A stretch of DNA of 45,049 nucleotides. Source: an uncultured Bacilli bacterium. Lineage in GTDB: Bacteria > Bacillota_I > Bacilli_A > RF39 > UBA660. The notes beneath the pieces are model-generated. The model saw only the letters and a list, made by a program, of their open reading frames with translations, was not told the origin of the DNA and did not search any database. A program made the translations under genes and the position numbers. The stretch is from contig CALVXN010000004.1 of NCBI GenBank assembly GCA_944371315.1, forward strand, positions 1 to 45,049, read 5' to 3'. Each line of letters starts with the position of its first letter. Within the stretch, counting starts at the first letter, position 1. Shown here piece after piece: positions 1 to 6,604 of the stretch.

Positions 1-4
1 TAAA

Positions 5-47
5 ACCTCTCAATCCTGCATAAATAAAGGAATTGAGAGGTTTTTAT
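5..47 (+). terminator. Rho-independent terminator-like hairpin for an off-window upstream gene
   Basis: CCTCTCAAT (6-14) is the exact reverse complement of ATTGAGAGG (32-40). It is followed by TTTTT (41-45). Confidence 0.6.
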
Positions 48-50
48 TTC

Positions 51-79
51 TTCAAACTGTCAAACTTGAGATTATAATA
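51..79 (+). promoter_or_regulatory. Sigma-A-type promoter for the ABC transporter operon
   Basis: TTCAAA (51-56), 17-nt spacer, TATAAT (74-79). GGAGG RBS at 92-96 precedes the ATG at 104. Confidence 0.5.
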
Positions 80-103
80 TAATTATTGTAATGGAGGTAA
101 ATA

Positions 104-1000
104 ATGTTAAAAGTAAAAAATATTACAAAGAAATATGGGGAACTATTAGCAGTTGACAATTTATCATTTGAAGTGAATGATGGTGAAATATTTGGCTTAC
201 TTGGTGAAAATGGAGCTGGAAAAACCACTACATTTAGAGTGATAATGGGATTATTAGAACCAAATAATGGAGAAGTTTTATTAAATGGCAAAAATATTGA
301 CTATAATGTAACAGATGAAATAGGATTTGTTACGGAAGAAAGAAGCTTACTTACTAAATTAACTGTTCAAGAACAAATTGAATTTTATGGAACATTAAAA
401 GGTTTAACAATAGAAGAAATAGAAAAAAGATTGGATAAATGGTTAGAAAGATTTGAAATAAAAAGCTATAAAAATAGAAAAATAAAAGAATTATCTAAAG
501 GTAATCAACAAAAAGTTCAATTTATATCAGCAGTTATTCATGAACCAAAATTATTAATATTAGATGAACCATTTACAGGACTTGATCCAATAAATGTTAA
601 ATTAATAAAAGAGGCAATCATTGAATTGAAGGAAAAAGGATGCTCAATTATTTTTTCATCTCATCAAATGGAATATATAGAAGATTTTTGTGAAAAATTA
701 ATAATATTAGTCAAAGGAAAACCAATTTTAGAAGGAAACATTGATGATATTAAAGAAAATTATGCTAAGAAAAATATATTAATTAGAGGAAATAATCTTG
801 AAATTAATAAATTAAATAATATAAAAGGGGTAATAAGTATTAATAAAGTAAAAGGAGAATATGAAATAAAAATAGAAAATAAAAATGTTGCTCCAAAAAT
901 ATTTGAAATAGTTAAAGAATGGGATATAACTAAATATGATGTAGTTGAACCAACACTAAATGAAATATTTATAGAAAGTGTAGGTGGAATTCATGAATAA
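104..1000 (+). CDS. ABC transporter ATP-binding protein (ABC-2/NatA-like)
   Basis: Walker A GENGAGKTT, signature LSKGNQQKV, Walker B LLILDEPFTGLD, H-loop SSHQM. Strong RBS upstream. Confidence 0.92.
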   Translation: MLKVKNITKKYGELLAVDNLSFEVNDGEIFGLLGENGAGKTTTFRVIMGLLEPNNGEVLLNGKNIDYNVTDEIGFVTEERSLLTKLTVQEQIEFYGTLKGLTIEEIEKRLDKWLERFEIKSYKNRKIKELSKGNQQKVQFISAVIHEPKLLILDEPFTGLDPINVKLIKEAIIELKEKGCSIIFSSHQMEYIEDFCEKLIILVKGKPILEGNIDDIKENYAKKNILIRGNNLEINKLNNIKGVISINKVKGEYEIKIENKNVAPKIFEIVKEWDITKYDVVEPTLNEIFIESVGGIHE

Positions 1001-2285
1001 GAAATTTTTATACTTAACTAAATTAAGTTTAAATAAGAAGATAAAATCAAAATGGTTTTTAATAACAAATATTATATTATTAATAGCAATAGTTTGTTTA
1101 TTTAATATTTCATCAATTATTAAATTTTTTGGTGGAGATTTTGCTAATGATACTAACGTATTAGTAATAGATAACACAAATTTAGCATATGACTATTTTA
1201 AAGCAAATTTAGAAACAATTAATGAAGACGAAAATATAACTACAGAAAAAATTAATGGTAACATAGAAACCATAAAAAAAGATATAGACGATAAAGAAAT
1301 AGTTATTGTTTTAAATAATGATTCAGAAAAATTTTTAAAGGCAGAAGTTATTAGCAATGATAAGATTGATAATTTAACATATCAAATAATATTACAAGCA
1401 CTAAATAGCACAAAAACTACCATTGGAATGATTTCTAGCAATATTGATCCTACAATTTTACAAAATATTTCGTCAAACATTGAAGTAGAAAGAACAATAT
1501 TAAATGATTCAACATCCACTGATGAAAATATGGATTTAATAATGAGTAATGTATTTCCAACACTTATATTACCATTTTTTATGTTAATAATATTTTTAGT
1601 TCAAATGGTTGGTGGAGAAATTTGTGAAGAAAAAACCACTAGAAGTATGGAAATAATTATATCTAATGTATCACCTAAACAACATTTACTATCAAAAGTG
1701 TTAGCTAGTAATTTATTTGTTATAATTCAAGGATTGTTATTAATATTTTATGTAGGAGTTGCTTTTTATATAAGCCATTTACTTGGAACATCATTAGTAG
1801 ATATTCCAATAGATTTTAACAGTTTAATTAATATTCTTAAAGAAACTGGCATAATTAATAAATTGATTTATATTATTCCTTTAACGATTATATTAATAAT
1901 TTTATCATTTATGGCATATTCAATTGTTGCAGGCATATTGGCATCAATGACTGTAAATATTGAAGATTTTAACCAATTGCAATCACCAATAATGTTGATA
2001 TCAATTGCAGGCTATTACTTGGCGATTATGGCAGCAATGTTTGATGGATCAATATTTATTAGAATAATTTCTTATATTCCATTTTTATCAGTATTTATAA
2101 GTCCAACATTATTTCTTTTAGGGCAAATTACAATATTTGATATGCTAATTTCAATTAGTATTTTAGGTATATTTGTTTACATAATGCTTAAATTTGGATT
2201 AAAAGTATATAAAGTTGGAATATTAAACTATTCAAGTGGCAAAGTATGGAATAAATTTTTAAAAGCAATAAAAAATAAAAATTAA
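993..2285 (+). CDS. ABC-2 family transporter permease (NatB/YhaP-like)
   Basis: N-terminal TM helix, large extracytoplasmic loop, then a C-terminal cluster of about 5 TM helices. ATG 993 overlaps the ATPase stop (ATGAATAA) with GGTGGA RBS. The track start at 984 is a GTG. Confidence 0.7.
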   Translation: MNKKFLYLTKLSLNKKIKSKWFLITNIILLIAIVCLFNISSIIKFFGGDFANDTNVLVIDNTNLAYDYFKANLETINEDENITTEKINGNIETIKKDIDDKEIVIVLNNDSEKFLKAEVISNDKIDNLTYQIILQALNSTKTTIGMISSNIDPTILQNISSNIEVERTILNDSTSTDENMDLIMSNVFPTLILPFFMLIIFLVQMVGGEICEEKTTRSMEIIISNVSPKQHLLSKVLASNLFVIIQGLLLIFYVGVAFYISHLLGTSLVDIPIDFNSLINILKETGIINKLIYIIPLTIILIILSFMAYSIVAGILASMTVNIEDFNQLQSPIMLISIAGYYLAIMAAMFDGSIFIRIISYIPFLSVFISPTLFLLGQITIFDMLISISILGIFVYIMLKFGLKVYKVGILNYSSGKVWNKFLKAIKNKN

Positions 2286-2290
2286 AAAAA

Positions 2291-2320
2291 AAGCGACGTT
2301 AAAATCGCTTTTTATTTTTT
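2291..2320. terminator. Bidirectional terminator between convergent genes
   Basis: AAGCGA (2291-2296) pairs with TCGCTT (2305-2310). An A-run lies upstream and a T-run downstream. Confidence 0.6.
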
Positions 2321-2321
2321 A

Positions 2322-3533
2322 TTAATTTCCTAACGGAGCAATATTTAAATCTGTCCCCATGCTTTTTAAAATATCACTATATTTAGTATATAACCTTTGA
2401 TAATCAGTCAAATAACTATCATCTGTCATCATACTAAATGGTATGACTATATGCCCATCGTGATTTGCAGTAGTAATTGGATTTCCGTTGTATTTTGTAA
2501 ATATTAATTCACCACCTAAATTATCAATATCTATTGTTACCTCATTATCTGGGCTAACAGTTTTAGTAATATCTAAAGTAGCCATAAATCCGATTAATTT
2601 ATTATAATCATCTGTTCCATATTGATTTGAAATAAAATTGCCTAAAGAATACATAACAATGGTATCATCAATTTTTGTTATAGGTTGTAAAACATGAGGG
2701 TGTGTTCCAATAATAATATCTACCCCTAAATCTGTAAGATATTCAGCAATTTCAATTTGACTATTATTTGGTTCCGATGCATATTCAACGCCCCAATGCA
2801 TTGCAACTATTAACACATCAACTTTGTCTCTTAAAGCTAGAATATCTTCTTTTACTTGTTCTTTATCATAAACATTTACTAGATATTCTTTACCACTAGG
2901 AACATTGAGCCCATTGGTTGATGTAGTATAGGAAAGCATTGAATAAGTAATGTTATTTTTTTCACCAATTATAAAATTATTTCTGGACTCAAAACTATCA
3001 GCAATACCATTATAAACAATGTCTTTCTTACCTTTAAAATAATTATAAAAATTTAAAACACCATTTTCTCCTTTATCATATGTATGATTAGTTGCTAGAG
3101 AAACCATATTAAATCCAGCATCAATCATGGCATCACCAAATTCTGATGGAGTAGAGAACCTTGGATATCCGGATGGCTCACCACCAGCAAATGGAGTTTC
3201 TTGGTTATAATATGCAATATCATAATTTTTTACAATATCTTTAACATATTTAAGAGCACCACTAAAATTATAAGAGCCATCACTTTGCTCATAAGAGAAA
3301 TAAACGGCATTATGAATTAATCCATCTCCTGTAGCTATTAAATTTATTTTATATACTTCATCTTCTTTAATATTGTTATTTTTATTTTCAGTTTTATTAT
3401 TATTGTTATCAAAAACGCTATCTTTATTATTAGTGAAATACAAAATAGAAAAATAAGCTAATAATGGAAGTGCAATAATTAAAAAAATTGAAAATAAAAA
3501 TTTCTTTTTTATTTTTCTTCTTCTTTTTGTCAT
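2322..3533 (-). CDS. CapA/PgsA-family metallophosphatase-like protein, membrane anchored
   Basis: N-terminal TM segment. Motifs ATGDGLIH, NHTYDKG, HWGVEY, GTHPHVLQP and YSLGNFIS are typical of the PGA_cap family. Confidence 0.75.
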   Translation of the reverse strand: MTKRRRKIKKKFLFSIFLIIALPLLAYFSILYFTNNKDSVFDNNNNKTENKNNNIKEDEVYKINLIATGDGLIHNAVYFSYEQSDGSYNFSGALKYVKDIVKNYDIAYYNQETPFAGGEPSGYPRFSTPSEFGDAMIDAGFNMVSLATNHTYDKGENGVLNFYNYFKGKKDIVYNGIADSFESRNNFIIGEKNNITYSMLSYTTSTNGLNVPSGKEYLVNVYDKEQVKEDILALRDKVDVLIVAMHWGVEYASEPNNSQIEIAEYLTDLGVDIIIGTHPHVLQPITKIDDTIVMYSLGNFISNQYGTDDYNKLIGFMATLDITKTVSPDNEVTIDIDNLGGELIFTKYNGNPITTANHDGHIVIPFSMMTDDSYLTDYQRLYTKYSDILKSMGTDLNIAPLGN

Positions 3534-3534
3534 A

Positions 3535-3906
3535 TTACTCCTTAATTAATTTATATACTTCATCGTTAGTATATTTGTGTGTTTTTTTATCATAATCAGG
3601 TAAAATATGTAAATGAAGATGTTTTATAGCTTGGGCATCACCATAATTAATTAAAAATGTTACTCCTTTTTTATTTAATTTTTCCATAATTATTTGGGCA
3701 TATTCTTTAGCTTTGTTAATCATTTTATTAAAAATTTCATTATCAACATCATAAATATCCTCATAATGTTTTTTAGGAATTACTAACGCATGGCCATCAG
3801 TATCTGGATAAGCATCCAGTAAAATCATAATATCATTATCTTCGTATAAAATTTTGCTAGGAATTTCACCACTAATAATTTTGCAAAATATACAATTTTC
3901 TTTCAT
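3535..3906 (-). CDS. HIT family (histidine triad) nucleotide hydrolase
   Basis: CIFCKII N-terminus and histidine triad HLHLHILP. There is a 1-nt gap to the downstream capA-like gene, suggesting an operon. Confidence 0.9.
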   Translation of the reverse strand: MKENCIFCKIISGEIPSKILYEDNDIMILLDAYPDTDGHALVIPKKHYEDIYDVDNEIFNKMINKAKEYAQIIMEKLNKKGVTFLINYGDAQAIKHLHLHILPDYDKKTHKYTNDEVYKLIKE

Positions 3907-3966
3907 TTAAATCACCATTCAAATTATATCATATAAAAAAATGGCAAACAATTTAAAAAAGTTTAT

Positions 3967-3994
3967 TTGACTATATCTTGCATAATTGTAATCC
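3967..3994 (+). promoter_or_regulatory. Promoter-like or operator motif, copy 1 of a conserved 24-nt element
   Basis: TTGACT-N16-TAATCC. GTTTATTTGACTATATCTTGCATA (3961-3984) matches 5287-5310 at 22 of 24 positions. Confidence 0.3.
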
Positions 3995-4059
3995 TCAAAA
4001 CATTTTTATGTATTTAATACAAAAAATTATTAATTATAAAAAAAACTAAAAATGAAATG

Positions 4060-4088
4060 TTGTTTAATTCCTTGAATTATGATAATAT
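4060..4088 (+). promoter_or_regulatory. Sigma-A-type extended -10 promoter for the leader-cysK transcript
   Basis: TTGTTT (4060-4065), 17-nt spacer ending in TG-A, TAATAT (4083-4088). Confidence 0.45.
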
Positions 4089-4134
4089 AAATATACAAAA
4101 AATTATATATTTATATTAGAAAAGAGAAACACAT

Positions 4135-4203
4135 ATGAAATTTATATTAAAAAATAATTATTGTAAAAGTTGTTGCGATAAAATTGTAAAAAAAATTACA
4201 TAA
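4135..4203 (+). CDS. Candidate Cys-rich leader peptide (22 aa, MKFILKNNYCKSCCDKIVKKIT)
   Basis: ATG 4135 to TAA 4201-4203. It has 3 Cys codons (TGT 4162, TGT 4171, TGC 4174) in a Cys-poor, AT-rich context, with only a weak purine-rich RBS (AAAGAGAAA). It lies directly upstream of a terminator hairpin and cysteine synthase. Confidence 0.35.
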   Translation: MKFILKNNYCKSCCDKIVKKIT

Positions 4204-4236
4204 ATTTTCATATGAACTAAAATAATTGAATATTAA

Positions 4237-4272
4237 ACTTCATATTATAGTTTGTATGATATGAAGTTTTTT
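4237..4272 (+). terminator. Intrinsic terminator/attenuator in the cysK leader
   Basis: 13-bp stem: 4237-4249 pairs with 4255-4267 (one G-U), loop GTTTG, followed by a T-run to 4272. An alternative pairing joins 4210-4216 (ATATGAA) with 4239-4245 (TTCATAT). Confidence 0.55.
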
Positions 4273-4302
4273 ATTGTCAAAAATAATAGAAAAGAGGTAA
4301 AA

Positions 4303-5247
4303 ATGATAAATAATATAATTGGAAATACTCCAATGGTTAAAATTAAATATGAATATAACAAAAATATAAAAAATATATATGCAAAACTAGAATATTATAA
4401 TTACACCGGTAGTATAAAAGATAGGTTAGCTTTGTATATTTTAACTGAATCAAAACGGATGGGATTATTAAAAGATAATCAAATTATTGTTGAAGCAACG
4501 AGCGGTAATACTGGAATTAGTTTTGCTGCATTAGGAGCTTATTTTGGGCATGAAGTTCATATTTTTATGCCAACAAGTGTAAGTGTAGAAAGAAGAAAAT
4601 TAATAGAACTATATGGAGCAAAGTTACATTTAATTGATGCAGGTTTTAAAGATACAATAAAAGAAGCTGACTTGTATGCTAGAAAAAATAATGCATTTAG
4701 GCCGAATCAATTTAGTAATGTAATGAATATAAATGCCCACTATTATGGAATTGGGGAAGAAATAATTAATAAATCTTTAAATATAAATGGATTTGTAAGT
4801 GGAATAGGAACTGGTGGCACACTAATGGGAGTAGGAAAAAGACTAAAAGAATATAATAAAAAAATAAAAATAATAGCATTAGAGCCTAAAACTATGCCAT
4901 TATTAAGTGAGGGAAAAATAATAGGACCACATAAAATTGAAGGAATAGGAGATGATTTTATACCAAAACTGGTTGATAAAAACATTATTGATGAAGTAAT
5001 ATCAATAGATGATGAAGATGCAATTAATATGAGTAGAATATTATCTCAAAAATTTGGTTTAGGAGTAGGAATATCAAGTGGTGCAAATTTTTTAGCAGGG
5101 GTATTAAGTAAAATTGATAATTTAGTAACAGTATTTGCAGATGACTCAAAAAAATATTTATCTACAGATTTGATAAAACCTATAAATAATGAAAAAAATT
5201 TAATTTCAAATAATATTAAAATAATTAGTATAGAATTTATTAAATAA
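4303..5247 (+). CDS. cysK: Cysteine synthase / O-acetylserine sulfhydrylase family PLP enzyme
   Basis: PLP-lysine motif SIKDR, TSGNTGIS and GIGTGGTL. AAAGAGG RBS at 4291-4297 supports ATG 4303. The track start at 4252 lies inside the terminator hairpin. Confidence 0.85.
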   Translation: MINNIIGNTPMVKIKYEYNKNIKNIYAKLEYYNYTGSIKDRLALYILTESKRMGLLKDNQIIVEATSGNTGISFAALGAYFGHEVHIFMPTSVSVERRKLIELYGAKLHLIDAGFKDTIKEADLYARKNNAFRPNQFSNVMNINAHYYGIGEEIINKSLNINGFVSGIGTGGTLMGVGKRLKEYNKKIKIIALEPKTMPLLSEGKIIGPHKIEGIGDDFIPKLVDKNIIDEVISIDDEDAINMSRILSQKFGLGVGISSGANFLAGVLSKIDNLVTVFADDSKKYLSTDLIKPINNEKNLISNNIKIISIEFIK

Positions 5248-5292
5248 ATTAAAAAGATATAATTAGAAAGTAAATAACCTAAAAGTGTTCAT

Positions 5293-5320
5293 TTGACCAT
5301 ATCTTGCATATATTTAATTA
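5293..5320 (+). promoter_or_regulatory. Promoter-like or operator motif, copy 2, upstream of cotE
   Basis: TTGACC-N16-TAATTA. It also contains CATATATT (5307-5314), which resembles the sigma-E -10 consensus CATACAHT. Confidence 0.3.
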
Positions 5321-5334
5321 GGAAGGTGATTTAC

Positions 5335-5871
5335 GTGTCTAGTTATAAAGAAATAGTTACAAAAGCAGTGATTGGAAAAGCTAAAAAAACAAGTAGTAAT
5401 AAATTTTCTTTAACACCAGAAGAGCTACCAAATACTGTTTTAGGTTGCTGGGTGATTAATCATAAATTTAATGGTAGCAAGAATGCTAAGGGGAGTGTTT
5501 TAGTTAATGGATCATTTGATGTAAACGTTTGGTATTCTTATGACTCTGATAAAAAGACTGCTGTAACAACACAAAATTTTACTTATAGTGATGTTATGAA
5601 TGTTCCTCTTAAAGAAGATCATAATATGCAAGATGCATCAGAAATAATTGTTAGGTGTTTAAAACAACCAACAGTTTCTAATGTTCAAATAGATAATAAT
5701 ATCGTAAGTTTAGATGTTGCAAAAGAAATGGGTGTAGAAATTGTTGGAGATACTAAAGTGAAAGTTAGTGTAGAAGATGATGAAGATGACTACGAAGAAA
5801 TATTTGATGAACAAGAACTTGATGAAATTGAAGATGTAAATGAAAATTACTTAAATGAAGCATCTGAATGA
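5335..5871 (+). CDS. cotE: Spore coat morphogenetic protein CotE homologue
   Basis: From GTG 5335 (RBS GGAAGGTGA) the protein reads SSYKEIVTKAV...LGCWVINHKF...DVNVWYSY...IVGDTKVKV and ends in an acidic DE-rich tail. This matches my recollection of B. subtilis CotE (YREIITKAV, GGWIINHKY, INVWYSY, acidic C-terminus). Confidence 0.65.
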   Translation: MSSYKEIVTKAVIGKAKKTSSNKFSLTPEELPNTVLGCWVINHKFNGSKNAKGSVLVNGSFDVNVWYSYDSDKKTAVTTQNFTYSDVMNVPLKEDHNMQDASEIIVRCLKQPTVSNVQIDNNIVSLDVAKEMGVEIVGDTKVKVSVEDDEDDYEEIFDEQELDEIEDVNENYLNEASE

Positions 5872-5884
5872 TGCTTTTTTTAAT
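5858..5884 (+). terminator. Rho-independent terminator after cotE
   Basis: AAGCATC (5858-5864) pairs with GATGCTT (5870-5876), followed by a T-run. Confidence 0.6.
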
Positions 5885-5914
5885 AAAAATCAAATAAGGG
5901 TCAACATAAATTAG

Positions 5915-5943
5915 TTGACATACTAAATTTAATATAGTAATAT
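5915..5943 (+). promoter_or_regulatory. Sigma-A promoter of rpsP-khpA
   Basis: TTGACA (5915-5920), 17-nt spacer, TAATAT (5938-5943). A GTCAAC-N8-GTTGAC inverted repeat overlaps the -35. Confidence 0.6.
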
Positions 5944-5968
5944 GTTTATAGGAAGTGAGGAGAGAAAA

Positions 5969-6247
5969 ATGGCTGTAAAGTTAAGATTAAAAAGAATGGG
6001 TGCTAAACAAAAACCTTTTTATCGTATAGTTGCTGCTGATTCAAGAAGTCCAAGAGATGGAAGATTTATTGAAACTGTTGGAACTTATAATCCAATTGCA
6101 AAACCAGCAGAAATAAAAATTAACAAAGAAGTTGCTTTAAAATGGTTAAATAATGGTGCACAACCAACAGATACAGTAAAAGCAATATTTAAAAACGAAG
6201 GTATAATGAAAGAATTTGCTGATTCAAAAGTAAAAAAAGGTAACTAA
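5969..6247 (+). CDS. rpsP: 30S ribosomal protein S16
   Basis: [35 protein letters not shown] is the canonical S16 N-terminus. GAGGAG RBS upstream. Confidence 0.95.
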   Translation: MAVKLRLKRMGAKQKPFYRIVAADSRSPRDGRFIETVGTYNPIAKPAEIKINKEVALKWLNNGAQPTDTVKAIFKNEGIMKEFADSKVKKGN

Positions 6248-6249
6248 AT

Positions 6250-6495
6250 ATGGATGTAGTAGAATATACAGAATTTTTAGTTAAAGAATTAGTAAAAGAT
6301 CCTGAATCTATTAAAGTAGAATGCTTTGAATCTGATGAAGATACAAAAATAATTGAAATAATAGTTTCTGAAAATGATATGAAAAATATCATAGGAAAAA
6401 ACGGAAAAAATGCATCAGCATTAAGAACAATAATTCAAGCCTTTGCTTATGTAAAAGGAATGAAAAAATTAAAAATTAACATCGATTCATATTAA
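6250..6495 (+). CDS. khpA: KH-domain RNA-binding protein (KhpA/YlqC, UPF0109)
   Basis: 81 aa with the GxxG KH motif IIGKNGKN. It sits in the conserved position immediately after rpsP. Confidence 0.85.
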   Translation: MDVVEYTEFLVKELVKDPESIKVECFESDEDTKIIEIIVSENDMKNIIGKNGKNASALRTIIQAFAYVKGMKKLKINIDSY

Positions 6496-6520
6496 ATGCT
6501 TAAAAGCATTTTTTATTTTG
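6494..6520 (+). terminator. Rho-independent terminator after khpA
   Basis: AAATGCTT / AAGCATTT hairpin followed by TTTTATTTT. Confidence 0.55.
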
Positions 6521-6540
6521 CCCAAAAGTAAAGTTTAATA

Positions 6541-6569
6541 TTTAAAAAGATTTCTTATTGTGTTAAAAT
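6541..6569 (+). promoter_or_regulatory. Extended -10 promoter for the repeat-protein/sigma operon
   Basis: TTTAAA (6541-6546), 17-nt spacer, TG-T-TAAAAT (6561-6569). Confidence 0.4.
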
Positions 6570-6604
6570 AATAACCATTGACTTATTATGAAAGGAATAT
6601 AAAA

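Noticed and set aside
3907-4302. Long AT-rich intergenic region upstream of cysK, considered as a T-box or S-box/SAM riboswitch.
   Set aside because: I could not find the conserved T-box sequence (GGTGGTACCGCG-like), a specifier-loop/AGAGA context, or the G/C-rich helices of an S-box. A leader-peptide attenuator fits better, but a covariance-model scan is still needed.
6578-6604. Track-suggested upstream starts that extend N-termini: TTG at 6578, plus 4252, 5293, 5942, 16812, 20192, 26169, 31884, 33752, 36959, 40650 and 43978.
   Set aside because: In each case an internal ATG or GTG has a properly spaced Shine-Dalgarno sequence and matches the conserved family N-terminus. Several of the upstream extensions also overlap terminators, promoters or the preceding gene.
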